In this document: piece by piece, positions 38,493-52,300 of the stretch | Numbering within the stretch: position 1 is the first letter of the stretch | Layout of the letters: each line of letters opens with the position of its first letter | Assembly: GCA_003427395.1 (NCBI GenBank) | Contig: BFEA01000003.1 | Location: 622,671-686,670 of the forward strand | DNA length: 64,000 nucleotides | Reading direction: 5' to 3' | Origin: Chara braunii | Taxonomy: Eukaryota; Plantae; Charophyceae | The notes under the pieces: generated by a model | Told to the model about the DNA's origin: nothing | Database searches by the model: none | What the model saw: only the letters and a program-made list of their open reading frames with translations | Translations under genes and position numbers: made by a program

Positions 38493-41400
38493 CTAGTGGG
38501 ACTCCGGTCGCTGACAAGTCCGGATCCTGGCGAACTTTGCGGTTTGCGTTTTGTTTGCCACATCAGAAGTTTCAGGGATCATGCAAATACGAGAAATGGA
38601 AGCACGTTAGTCGTTGTGACTGCAAAAGTTGGCAATGTCAGCGCTCGAACACGCCTGGTCGCTGCAGCGAATCGGGGTTTGGGAGGGTTGCAGAGGGGTC
38701 TTTCATCCATGTTGTTATTTGTTGAACCACAACACGACGATCTTCGAGTTTCACGCACTGTTTTAGTCAATCCTGTCATTCTACCGCAAATCCACGCTGA
38801 TTTTGACAACGTTCGGACAACTTGAAGTAGTTTTGCCAGCACACGAGCACACTTTCTCGATGTGGAGAATGGGGGTTTTACAAGGGTCGCTCGGGGGCCA
38901 TGCTCAGTCATGTTGCATTATGGTGCACCCACGCGTAGTCTTGCGCTGCCGGTAGTGCAACCAAAACCCATGATAGACCCAAACTGTAAACGGCCACAGG
39001 CACCGTCAGCAACCCCCCAAAACCCCGTTATGGAAACTCAGAAGGCGAGTTCTATTGCGCACACCTAGTCCTCTGGCAATGAAAACACACACAACGGTTC
39101 TAGCCCCTCGATAAGGACAGTTATACTTATTCGAACCCTCGAAATCCCCCGCGACCCGAACTTGGCGGTTGCAGGAGTCTCGAGGAACAATTTTTTTGCG
39201 CGGGTGTAACTTTTAGATTTTTGGTCGAGTGTGCGCAATGAAGGAAGCCCATGCGTGGACACACCTCATAACGAAATGGCCCAGTGTGGACCGCAAAGGA
39301 CCCCTACAAACCCCGACTCCCCCGTAGAGAAAACGAGCTCGTGCGCTGTCACTGCTAATTTCTGTGGGCCGAACGTTGTCAAAATAAGTGTGAGAACCCG
39401 GTCACTGACAAGTTCGGATCCTGACGCACTTTGCGGTTTGTATTGTGTTTTCCTCAAACATGGAGACTGTCGTCCCGAAACGCGTTTGTCGGTGCGACTG
39501 CCGAAGTTGGCAATACCAGCGCTCTCACACGCCTCGTCGTTGTGGCGAATTGGGGTTTGTGGGGGTTTGTGGGGGTTGTAGAGTGGTCTTTCATCCACGA
39601 TTTTATTTGTTAAACCATTGCACGATGATCTCCGATCTTCGCGAGCTGTTTTAGTCTATCATGTTATTCTATTGCAAACCCGTGCTGATTTTGACAATGT
39701 TCGCACCACTGAAATCAGTAGTGATAGTGAACGAGCTCGCTTTCACGATGTCAAAATCGGGGTTTACAGGGGTCCCATGGGGGCCATGCCGAGTTATTTC
39801 GTAATGTGGGGAGGCCAAGCATAGCCTTGCATTGTGAAGAGAGCTACTAAAAGTTAGGGCTGACCGTAAACCGAAGCGACCACTGGCACCTTCAGCAACC
39901 CCTCAAAACAAATGCGACGGTCAAAGCCATCGAAAAGGACGGTCAGATTGACCCGTACTCTCAAAGTCCGCCGGGATCCGTACTTGGCGGTTGCAGGAGC
40001 CGCGAGGAACCGTTTTTTGCGCGTCTGCAGCGGACGCACTATTGGACCGTTGTGTACACAGAAAAATGGCCACGCGTGGCTGCACCACCGCACGAAACGG
40101 CTCACGACGGTCCCCAAGCGACCCCTGTAAACCGAGACTCTCCCCAATGAGAAAGTGTGCTCGTTCTATTGCACAACAGTTGTCTGCAGGCTGACGCATA
40201 AGCTGATCATCGCCGATTTGTTGAAGAATGAAAGGGCTGACGTGGCTGAAAGACCCCTCTACCACCCCCATAAACCCCTGTTCGCCCAATCGACAAGGCG
40301 AGCTCGAGCGTGTTCGCATAACAGATTCCATGTTTGAGAAGAACACACCGCGAACCTCTAAGTTCGCTCAGATCCGAACTTGTCACCGATCGGACTCTAG
40401 CGATTGCGTTTGGAAGGGCAAACAAGGAGAAGTTCGGATCCCGACAAACTTCGAATTCGCACTGCGTCCTCCTCTAAGCTGGAATGCATCATGCAAATGC
40501 CTACATCAGTGACTGTCGGTTTGTTTCAGGCTGTGGTGCTTTGCGTGAAGTTCGTCGGGATCCGAACTTCACGAAAATGGGGCACCACTTACTCGACAAC
40601 TGCGTCCCATACAAGGTTCTAGTAAGCCGGTTGTCAACGGTTAATCGCAGGTTTGAGAATTGTCGGAGAGAAGTTTTTTTTGGGAGCGTGTTGGTGAAAG
40701 TCCCACGGGATCCGAAATTATCTAATTTCGTTTTCTGGGGAACCGGAGTGATATGCTTGTGCTGCCCGCATCTCAGTACAGTTATGAATTCAGCAAGTCC
40801 GTCAGGATCCGAACTTCGTAGCCACCACCTTGAAGAACTTACCTCAATATTCACGTTCCAGACGCCGATTCCACAATACTAGCTGGCAGATCGTTTGCGT
40901 GGCATTAGATGCGGTTGTCGAAGAGTATAACTATGAATGACACGTGTGGAACGAATACGATGAAAGTGGCGATCCTTGGGAGTGAATTTCGGACCGCAGC
41001 GAACGAACACAATCAACTCGCCGACACATATTCCGTAGGCATTATGAGCAACGCACACGTATAGGAAGTTGGCTAATGATGAGCACCGCCATCGTTGATT
41101 CGTGTTTCTAGTGATGAACGCCCTCCGCAAATGAATCTCCTCCCGACATCGACAACCACGACACAAATGGCAATGCATTTTCGTCAATGGCCCGGAATCT
41201 TCTACCGCGTCGACAGCGCCAGACAATGATCGCGCAAGAACGAACCTCGTGTGAGCCGCATGTGCGCTCGTGAGTGAAGGTTCATCATGTTACCCCTGCC
41301 AGGTCACAGCAGGAAGGCTGTTGCGATTAACACGTGGCAAACACAGAATCATGTCGCACCTTCGCTCACACGAGGAAAAACGACTTGCGGGCGTCGTCAT

Positions 41401-41499
41401 GACAGGGCGATGACCTCCATCACGTTCCCATGCCTTCGTTGTGCAACATCCACCAGGGGTCGAACGTTGAGGCATGCACCACGCCTCCCAAACGATGAC

Positions 41500-41745
41500 C
41501 ACGCGTCCACACACCTTAGAACCGTCGTCGATGGCGATGGTGATGCGCATTTGCGCAAGACGGAGTCGATGGCGCAGCGGCTCTGTCATCCACACACCTT
41601 CGAATTGTCGTCGATGGCGATGGCAATGCGGATTCATGCAGGACGGAGCCGCGGGCGATGGCGATCTGGATTTCACCATACCTTGGAACTGTCGTCGATG
41701 GCGATAGCGATGTGCAGTTGTGGAAGACGGAGCCGTTGTCGCAGC
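41500..41745. repeat. Three ~83-bp tandem repeats
   Basis: acacctt.gaa..gtcgtcgatggcgat..c.atg.g..gacggag.cg, three times. Confidence 0.8.
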
Positions 41746-44339
41746 GTGGCTGATGTCCTCGAAGAATGTTTGGGCGGAATGGCGTAGCAACTGTGCGGCG
41801 ACGTTGGCGCAGCGAAGCTATTCTCTGCATCCCGAAAATTGTCATGCAGCGCAACCTTCCACATGCCCTCGCGACTCTCAACCGTCCGATGCAAAAATCG
41901 AACGACCCTTCGAGCCCACACTCGTTCTTTTTTCCAGGACACAGCAGGCCAGCAACACGCATCGCGAAAACGGCCACAAGTGAGAAAACGGCCGCAGTTG
42001 GCATCACGGCGATCGACGAATCGGACGGCCCACAGGCCCGTTTTTTTCGCGAAGCGCTTGGCGGCCTGCTGCCGTCAAGGCCTTGCCTATTCGCGCGGAT
42101 GACATTTGGTCCGATTCCTGAACCGGTTCCCGAAGCACTGCCACGACACCACGGTCGTCAATTCAACAAGCTTGTGGTTGCGACGACGGCCTGGACATGA
42201 TCTCGAAAACAGCCCAAGTTCGGAGCGGAGGGCCCAGCTTCGGGGGCTCATAAAACAAAGCTGCCCCCCCATGCGCTCATTTCGCCCTTTCTCAGATGTT
42301 GTGGGACAGGCGTCCCGCACTTTCGTGGCCGTCAACGCCATCGCCTGTCTATCGCGGTGATTGTCGCCATCGCCAGCACTCGCCATCGCACGTCCTTTGT
42401 GGTAGTCACAGTAGCCTCGCGTGTCATCACTGCGCACGCCCACGCCTGCTTGCTGCCTCCAGAGTTTTCTGCGCCCCTGTCGTGAAATGCCCACGTCATT
42501 TCTCGTGCTACTTGTCCACTTCGCGGAGCTGGTAGCCTTGCATGCTTGAACGCTTTGCAGCGTCACCCTTCACGTAGCATTGTTACGCGTGGTGGTCTCT
42601 CCGCCCCGTACTTCCACCTAACCTCAGGACATTTGCACAGCGGTAGGTCTCAACCAAAATCGAATGTGAACAACGATCGCGACATTTGAAGTTGCAACGG
42701 GCTTTGCGGTGTGCATGAGTGTGTGTTTATGTTTGTGTTCGTGTTTGGTAGCGCCGGTGTGCGCATGTCCGGTTGTGTCTGTGTTTGTGTGTGTGTATGG
42801 TGGTTCATGTTTTATGCGAGCAACGCAGGCTTTTAGAGTGTGGACAAAGAAGAAAGAAAAATCAGAATGCGCGAATTCCTTATAGCCACTCACTTTGCGT
42901 CTAGTTTCAATTATAATTTGTTGGATTGATCGATGTTGAGGCTTTCTTTTACGTATGTATTCTACGCTCGGTCTTGAGAAGTTGTGCGAGAAGGCCTTTT
43001 CATGTTGGCAGCATGATTCGGGCGATCCAATCGACCGATCCATCAATCAACAACTGAATGTGATCGCTTGCGTTGTTGTTGGTCGATCGATCGAATAGAG
43101 CAATGAATGGTGTTGTCTGCCAATCAACAACTGAATGCGATCGTTTGCGTGTGTTGTCGTGTGCAATCACCTACTGGATGCGATTGCTTGCCAATCAAAT
43201 GAAAAGTCGGTGTTTGTGCGTCAATCAGCTCCGTGGATCGATCCTTCAATCAAACAGGACTATCGAGGTTGTGTGTGGGTGTGTGCGCGTGCCCTTCTGT
43301 CCACGTGTGACCTTCGAGTCTCTCATGCTCTTCTGTCGACATCGAGAAACCGAACGTGTGTTTCTCGAGGCAGTCAAGTCATTCAGTCCGTTCGCGATCT
43401 CTCCAGGCATAGATTGGTCGATTGACGCTCATGTCGTGTGGAGTGTGCGCGCACCCTTGGCCATGTTTGTGTGCACAATAGGTAAAGAGATGAATAGAAC
43501 GATTCTAATCTAGCGATTGATGAAACGTTCGTGTGCGTTTGGTGTTCGTGTGTGTGTGTTCTTTTTTTTTGGTCTCTTTCAGACCACATACCATTTTGAA
43601 GTGGCAAACAAGCGTTCATACAATCAAGGGGTTAGGCAAATAAACAAGCACTGGAATGAGCAGAGGAAAGGGCAGACATTAAGCGAGAGATATTTGTTGC
43701 TCTTGTCGAAGTTGTTGGCAATCAAACCTTGCATCAGTCATCAGATTGATGACTGATCCAACCCAATCATTCATCTACCCAACCATTCGCCACCGACCAA
43801 CAAATGTATCTCGTTTAACAAAGGTCGTTTGTGTTGTTTTTTTTGTGTGACAGCAAGCGGAGAACACCGGATCTTCATACAGCGATGACCAGCATTTCCC
43901 AGCGCTGTCACAGATCACATGCATCTCCCCATCTCTCTCTACATCTCTCGGGATCATCGGTGTGTTAGAGAGAGAGATACAGAGAGAAAAAATACGGATG
44001 TAGGCGAACTTCGACTTCGCCGGGTCTGTTGATAGACAAGGTTCGATGCGGCCCGACGGCCAATGTAGGCTGTCGGACTGGATCGTGACAGTATGAGGAC
44101 GAACATTGGCCATCGGGCCACATCGAACCTTGGTTGTCAACGAACCCGACGATGTTGAAGTTCGCCTAGATTTGTATTCCTTCTCTGTATATCTCACTCT
44201 CGCCCACACTCATTCCCTCATGCGAGCATGTGTCCACCAACGCGACTGTGAAGTTCGGGTTCCGTCGCGCTCTCCCCATTTCCATCTCTCTCTCTCTATC
44301 TCTTTCTTCATCTCTTTCTCCAACTCTTTGTTAAACTCT

Positions 44340-45191
44340 CAGTCCCACATTCTCTTGAAGTTCAGATCTCGGCGGACTTCGCATTTTCACATATTCTCTG
44401 ATGTGGTTGTGGTCTTTCTGCTGCCCTGCGGATGTGAACAACAACACAAGTTCGCCCGCATCCGAATTTCACGTATTGTCCAAACGGAGCATCGAAACAA
44501 GGTCATCCTAATCTGACCTTCTGACATTGGCCATGCCTACCGCCAAACTCCACATATCTTGAAAACATACGGCCGAAGAATTTCGGATTCTGGCGAACTT
44601 CGCATTTTCATCTATCCTCTGATGCGCCCGTGGATTTGGACAGCAACACAAGCATGAATCTTGTCTCTCTCTCTTTCTCGCACCCTTGTGAAGTTCGGAT
44701 CCCAGTGAACTTCACCTTTCCACCTATTATACGATATGTCTGTGACCTTCCTGGTGCCCCGTGGATTTAAACAACAACCAAGTCTGCCCGGATCCGAACT
44801 TCACGTTCTGCCGAAACGGGTTGACCGAACATGCTTGCCCGAATCAGACCTTCAAACGTTGGCTGCATCCAATGCCAAACTTTATATATCGCGAAACCGG
44901 ACAGTATGAAAAGTGTGGACGCTGCCGGACTTCGTATTTTCATCGGACCTCTATTGTGACTGTGGTCTTCCTGGTGCCTCGTGGATTTCACCAACCACGC
45001 AAGTACGGAACATGCTTGCCCGAATCAGACCTTCAAACATTGGCTGCATCCAATGCCAAACTTCACATATCGGGAAACCGGACAGCATGAAAAGTGCGGA
45101 TCCCAGCGGAGTGCGCATTTTCATCGGACCTTTGTTGTGACTGTACTCTTCCTGGTGCCTCATGGATTTCACCAACCACGCAAGTACGGAT

Positions 45192-45277
<86 letters not shown>

Positions 45278-46745
45278 CTTAAGTTCAGATCCCGACGAAC
45301 TTCGCGTTTTCACATGTCTTTTGTTCTGACTGTGGTCTTTATGGTGCCCCGTGGATTGCAACAAGAACCCAAGTTCGCCCGCATCCGAACTTCTCGTTTT
45401 TCCCTGGCGGGGTAAACGAAATGGTCCATCGAGTCCGACCTTCGAACGTTGGCTGCATCCGTTGCCAAACTTCACATATTGCGAAACCGGATAGCAGAAC
45501 AAGTTTGGATGTCAAAGGACTACGCATTTTCATTTGACCTCCGGCGTGACTGTGGGTTTCCTGCTGCGTCGTGGATTTGACCAAACACGCAAGTACAAAT
45601 CCTATCTCTCTCTCGCACCCTCCTGAAGTTCGGATCCCAGCGAACTTCGCGTTTCCACATGTCCTTTGATCTGACTGTGGTCTTCCTGGTGCCCCTTGGA
45701 TTGCAACAAGAACCCAAGTTTGCCCGGATCCGAACTTCTCGTTTTGCCCTGGGGGGGTAACCGAAATGGTTCATCGAGTCCGACCTTCGAACGTTGGTTG
45801 CATCCATTGCCAAACTTCACATATTGCGAAATCGGATAGCATATAAAGTTTGGATGCCGGCGTACTACGCATTTTCATCTGACCTCCGACGTGACTCTGG
45901 TTTTCCTGATGCATCTTGGGTTTTAATAACCACACAAGTGCGGATCCTGTCTCGTTCTCTGTCTCTCTCTCTCTCTCACAACCTCCTTAAGTTCGGATCC
46001 CGACAAACTTCGTATTTTCGCCAGTCCATTTAACTGACCGTGGTCTTCCAGATCCCCCGTGGATTGCAATAACAGCCCGAGCTCGCCCTCGTCAGGACTT
46101 CGCATTTTGCCGAAACGGGGTCACAAAACATGCTTACCGGGGTCTAACATTCAAACTTGGCTGCATCCGTTGTCGAACTTCACATATCGCCAAATCGAAC
46201 AGCAGAACAATTTCGGATGCCGGCGGAGTTGTCATTTTCAACTGACCTCTGATGTAAGTGTGTATCTCTCTCCGTCTCTCTCTCTCGCACCCTCCTTAAG
46301 TTCGGATCTCGGCGAACTTCGCTTTTTTGGCTGTTCTTTGGTCTATCTGTGGTCTTCCTTGTGCCCCATGGATCGCAAAAACGGCCCAAGTTCGACCGCG
46401 TCCGAACTTCTTATTTTGCCCAAATGCAGTGACCGAATGTGCTTGCACAAGTATGGCCATCGAACGCTGGCTGCATCGGCTATCAAGCTTCAACTATTGC
46501 GAAACTGGAAAGCATAAGAAATTCGGATGCTAGCGCACTACTTATTTTCATGTGGCCTCTGATGCGACTGTGGTCTTGCTGGTGCCCCATGGATTTCACC
46601 AACCACACAAGTACGGATCATGTCTCTCTCTCTCTGGCTCTCTCTCTCGTACCCTCTTCAGATCGCAGCGAACTTCACGTGCTCACCTGTCCGAAGTGGG
46701 ATGTCGGAGGGTCTTTGTGTATGATGTTCGCTAGGATCCGAACTT
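44340..46745. repeat. ~310-360-bp tandem repeat array (6-7 units) with (CT)n spacers, upstream of the cargo gene
   Basis: Unit starts aagttc(g/a)gatc at ~44358, 44691, 45281, 45626, 45989 and 46298; internal ~180-bp duplication 44828-45190; (CT)n(CA)n at 45196-45274. Confidence 0.88.
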
Positions 46746-49700
46746 AAAGTGTGGCTTTTGCAACGATGCAATGGTGCGGGCGTGTGCAGTTCAGGATTCT
46801 TCGACTGCGTTTGTGGCACTTCGCCAGGGCCTGCGTCGTGGTTTGACGGTGAACGGACTATTGCTGTTGTGGTTTGCCAGACGCTAACCTCGTGGTGGGT
46901 TGCTTCATTTGCGTTCTCGTTCGCAGACAGGATGTCTTCGTCGAGGGGCGAGGAGGAGCCAGTCGGGACCTCTGAGAAGGGATCATAAAAAGACTCCACA
47001 AGGCGGTCATCTACTGGCCTGGAATCGTGGTCGAACCACGCGAAGTCGAAATGGTTCGTCGACTGGTGATGTGGAGACGCTTCCAACCCCGTTGCGCAGC
47101 CATGTGGACCGGTAATCTTCGTCGATGACAATAAACGGCGTAGACTGCTTGGGGTCGTCTTGTGGTGGGAGGACACGAAGGGGGGACGGCGACAACTTGA
47201 ATTCTATATGCAAAATGTTTATGGCGCCAATGGTAACATCGTCGCCAATTCGAAGGGGGCGCTGTTGGATATGGAATTGTTCGAGCAGTTCAGAGTGGGT
47301 GTTGTGAACACCCCGTTCTACAGCGAACTCGTTCGCGTGGGCGATTTTGTTTTGGCACGTGAATTTTTTAACATGTTGGAGGAAAAAAACATCGTCCTCT
47401 ACGTCCCCTGCGACGTCGGCCCCACCCAAGAGCTCTCGTTGCCATTGCGACTGTGCAGCGGTTGCGAATCCAGCAGGGCAACGTCGGAGGGGGGAGATCT
47501 CCGTTCTGGTGCTGCTACTTAGCTGCATCGTGGCGAGAGTCGTAGTCCGTTCGATGACAGCGAGGATAAGGGGCCTCCACAGATGACGACTTCGTCGTTG
47601 AGGTGAGCAGACCGGTCTTTGTTGTCTATACCTGGGGTTCTGGATGACGCTCCGGGTTGAGAGGAGCTTGCAGCAGCTGTAGGAAATGTGGCAGTCTATT
47701 AAGAGGTCGACTTGGAGACTAGTGAGGGCCAGGGTACGGAGGAGGGAACCGCGGGCGGCTAGGGCACGCAAGGCACTCCACAAAAGAGGAGGGGAGATCG
47801 TCGTGAGGAGTTGGCCGGCTCTTCGAAGAAATTGAAGAGCAAGGCCCTAAGGACTGTGGGGGAGAAACGGAAGGGAACCGAGGGGGAGCGGGGCCGGCTA
47901 GGTACCAAACGTCCGACTTCGAAACAGAAGGCGCCTGCGTCAGGACCATCCTCTTCACCGACGCCACGGCCTCCCATTGACGTCGACGCCGGGTACTTCC
48001 TCGAGTACAAGGACGATGTTAGGACAAAGCGGGAGTTCGAGATTAGCCGTGCGCATGTCGTCGACCATCGGGACTGGGAGGATCTGTACAACCAGCAGTC
48101 CTTGGATCCCGTCCTCGTTGAAGGGATCAAAGAAGCGATGCGGTTGGTGTTCGAAAACAAAGAGCAGTCGTATGAGTTGCCAACCCTGAAGCTGGCACCG
48201 CTAGGGCTCTAGAAACCAACTCCCGAGAACAAGGCACAACGTTTTAAGCCAGAGGAATGGATGGATAAGCTGGCATGACAATACTACTACTACGTGGTGT
48301 ATGGGCAGCATAACGCGGCTGCAGCCAGGTCGTTGCTCGGCAACGAGGTGGCCAAGAAATACAATTTTGAGCGGTGGCCTGGACAAATGGTGTACTTTTC
48401 AGACGACGACTTCGAAGGGTATTTCCTTGTCAGTTCCCAGGACAACAAGAAGGACCTCAAGGCGCCACCGAGACATTTGAAGCTGTCAATGAAAGACATT
48501 CTGTGGCAGTGGAAGCACAACGGTTTCTCGAGAGTTGTTATGGGGAACCCCAGCGGAAAACAGGAACAGGTCCGGAAATGGCATGAATTCTGTACGGTGG
48601 CGCTTCATAAGACGCCGTACAACAACTTGTGGATTCTAGCGGACCAGAAGGGGGATGACGCCATCAAGAAGTGAAACGCTGCCCTGCGTTCCTATTCCCC
48701 GTAGGCGATGGTCGAAAAGAACGTTTGGAAACTGGCCGTTGATTATTTTGAGAGATAGGAGACAAGTAGATTGCTCGGCCACGACGGCGCAAAGTGGATC
48801 ATGAGGAAGAAGAAGGTAAGAAACGCCAAGCCCGGGGTTGCCAACATCGACAACGAAAAGCTAGGAAGGAAGGAGGTCCTGTACAACGCCCCTATGGACC
48901 CGGCAACGAGGAAAGGCAAAAAGGAGAAAGACGAGGGCGATTGTTTCGTGCAAGTGCCTGAGCCGGACACACATTGTTGGAAAGCGATGGAATCGCTAAC
49001 CGCCAACGAGAAATGTCGCGTTCTGAAGAAGGTGCTCGCTTGCGAGGTGGTCTGGGTCCAGGCCGGCTCCTCGGCGTTGGCGAAGCTGGGGAAGCTCGGC
49101 GTGCAGGAAATGGTGCATTTGGTGAAGTGCGATCACGTGCTCGTACGTTTTTGGAATTACTACCAGTTCAAGCACGAGAAGAGGCCGGATGCCGATTGGA
49201 TCCAGAGGTACCCGTTCCTGAAAACAAGGTCTGCAATTTTCAAGCAGTTCGAAAGTCGTGGATTGGATGCTGAGTTGTGGGACGGTAGCAGGAAATATGT
49301 TACTGACTCCTCGCTGTTCAAGGAATGCCCACCTTACATGGGTTGCAACGACGACCACTCGATTGAGGCGACGGAGAAGTTGGCCGGTCACAGGAAGTTG
49401 TCCATCGACTGGAGAAACAAGGTTCTCTCCGTGTTTACTGACAGTAGACTGAAGAGTCGCGAGACTGCTCTTGCTGAAGGCATTGTGCACATAAAATGGA
49501 AAGACACAGGCGACGTGACATCCATCGCACCGTTCGGCAACGAGCCCTTGGAGGCGAACATCACGAGTGCGGAGCTGAAGGAGGCGGTGGCTGCCACAAA
49601 GAGCCACACATTCTTCCTTGATCTCTGCAAACCGGTTGACCTGAAGCTGTGGAAACCGCAAGCGTTCGACACTCTGGATTCCCAACTTCAGACGTGGTGT

Positions 49701-52300
49701 CCGTCGCATTGGACGCTCGTCGTTTTCGTGCTCTGGCAGCAGAACCTCTCGTTTCTGGCCAGCATGAACCACCTTTCTTTCGTGAAGCTGCTGAAAGGGA
49801 CGTGGGTGAGGAGGACTTAGCAGAAGAAAAGCTTCCCCGTCGAGAACAATTTGTACACGGAAGACGACTGGATGTACATCCTCTTCAAGGGTGAAGATTT
49901 GCTCGCTAACACGTCCGTCGTTTACGAGGGAAGGATGCCGGCAGGTGCCGCTGCTGCAGTGCGGTTGCCACAGAAGGTTACCCAAACGGATGTGTCCGAG
50001 ATTCTGTTCACGCCTTGCGACTGGTTGCAGACCTCGCCTGCACGTCAGGGCATTGTGTACGGGAACATGGAACACAATCCGACCCAATTCGTTAATCTTC
50101 TTGAATTCGTCAGCAAGAAGGGAGAGGGTGTCGCCTTCCTTGGGAAGCCGCACGGGGGAACCGTGTGGGAACTACTGAAGGTAGGCCGACACGTTGTCGT
50201 GATGGAAGGGAACTCCGACCTGTTGCAATTCACAATGCAAGTCGTCAAAAGCGAGGTCAATTCGGGGGCCCACAATTGTGAGTTCGTGGTCGTGAAGGAG
50301 ACACGGGATCGCTTGTGGAACAACAAGACGGACATGTGGTTCAAGTGAGTGAGAGGAAGTCGAACAAGATATATGACTTCTTGTTCCTGCAAACGAGGCC
50401 GAGGAAGGACACTGACGCCGAGTACGTGCGCCGCAGGGACCATATATTCACGCTGCTCGACAACTAACACGACGCCTCCTGCATGAACGCGAAGACATTC
50501 CTCGAAAGGTTGCAGTCCCTGTACTTCGTGGAGTCAGAGGAGGAGTTGAAGTTCGACAGTTACTCTTCCTTGATCTCTACGGAAGACGAGGAAACCACAG
50601 GCGTCGAATTCGACGCGAACGCGAACGAGGAGGAGAGCGACACCGAGAGTCTCGACCTGCATTACGACCCACCTCCCGCACAACACGCCACAGGGTCGTC
50701 GTTGGCAGGTCTGTCAACAAGTCCGACATCCCTCGTGTCACCGATGGCAAAACCGACGCCTCGCACAACCCCAATGAAGTTGCTGGAGAGACTGAAAGCT
50801 CTGGCCCCCACCCATCGCACATTGCGTCCCGGGTCTGACATCCCGCTCGATCATCTGTCTTGGAAAGGATGACAACATTCACTTCCTTGCTGAGCCGCAA
50901 AGCCATTCGTCTGAGGTGGATTGGGGACATGACATGATTTGGCATCCAAGAGTCATCCAGCCAGCGATCCGAAAGGGCGAGTGGATCATGGTCGTCGCTG
51001 TCCCGGGCAGTGGATGGATGCCCCTCTCTCGCGAGTTGAAGACAAACTTCATGGACCTCGCCAGGATTTCGGTCCTTCAAAAAGTGAGGGCTGAAAATGA
51101 CTCGTTTGCACCTGACGACGTGTCCGTCATTTCCACATTCGGGCGACTTATCGACGAACTTCAGGACAAGTGCTGGTTGGAACTAACGGAGGACTAATAC
51201 AAACTCGATACAGCCCCCTCGAAGGGCATGGTGGACTGGAAAATTCCCCCTCCCAGTGGGGCACACGGGAGTTCTGGTGGCTGGCCACCAGACAGTGGGG
51301 GGGACGGAGGCGACAATGCGGGGGGTGGCAAAGGAGTCCCGCCTAGTGGGTAGGGCAGGTCTCATGGTGACACCGCGACAACGGAAGGCAGTGGTGAGGT
51401 GGCGGGGGAGGCCTTCGGTCGTCAGCAGTCTACTGGTCCCGGTCCGGAGGACTCGACACAGTCCGCCGGCTCGGTGAGGGAGATGATGGCAGCCTTGGTT
51501 GCTCTCCGTGGCGGCTCGGGCGGAACATTCAAGTCCGTCGGGATCCGAACTACAATGGTTGAGGTGCCGACATAACGGTCGGACACGGAGAGCTGGTCGG
51601 GAGTGGGGGTGCCGAGTCATGATCCCACAATTGACAGCGGTGAGGTGAGGGAAGGGAATGCGCCGCCTGAGGGGGAGGGACGACCCCTTCGGTTGGAGCG
51701 AGAGGGTACAAGTGGAGGGCTCGGTGACAGGTGGACGACGAAGTTCGCCAACATCCGAACTTCTTCAGGCAGGGGGGGGCGGCCAGGGATTCTGGTGCCA
51801 CCGGGAGGGGCAGCGTGCGTGGAGCCAGAAGGGCGGTCGTCGGGATTCGACAGGGGTTCGGGAGAAATGGCTGGATTGCATGCAAGGGAAGGAGGGGGGG
51901 TAATGGAGGAAGGGAAGGAAAGGGAGGAAGGAGAGGAAGGGGAGGAAGGGGAGGAAGAAGGGTATGAAGGGGAGGAAGAGGAGGAGGAAGGGGAGGAAGG
52001 AGAGAAAGGGGGAGAAACGGAGTTGAGTGAGTTGTTTGAAGGAAAGGAGGGTGCGAAAGGGGACATCGATATTGGAGACGACGAACGGACAGTGAGTGAC
52101 GATGATGCCTGATCTGGGGAATCGTCTGACGGATTCGGGTTGCTGTACGGAGAACATCGTGAGGATGATGATGACGACGATGCGACGGCAATGGAGATGG
52201 AGACACAGGTGGTCAGCAACCTTTCGGCATAACGTGATGACTATGAGGTTCAAGCACTGACGTATGCTGTCGATCTCCAACACCAGTTCAACGAGGCTCT
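46740..52300 (+). pseudogene. Large transposon cargo ORF: ParB/Srx-like domain, degenerate beta-class N4/N6 DNA-methyltransferase-like domain, acidic low-complexity tail
   Basis: YNQQSLDPVLVEGIKEAM..PTLKL..YYVVYGQHNAAAARSL (ParB/DGQHR-like); TW.R..EDDWMYILFKG..EHNPTQFVNLLEFVSKKGEGVAFLG..GTVWELLKVGRHVVVMEGN (MTase C-terminal pattern); ORFs 47811-51197 largely collinear through stops. Confidence 0.65.

Larger units (their letters stand above)
34400..40400. repeat. Degenerate ~0.9-kb internal repeats with internally inverted halves
   Basis: gaaaaggac.gt..gatccg.acttggcggttg at ~34750, 36815, 39110 and 39930; cggtc.ctgacaagt.cggatcctg at 38505 and 39399. Confidence 0.7.

Noticed and set aside
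48996-50153. 385-aa minus-strand ORF
   Set aside because: Antisense shadow of the GC-rich plus-strand cargo ORF
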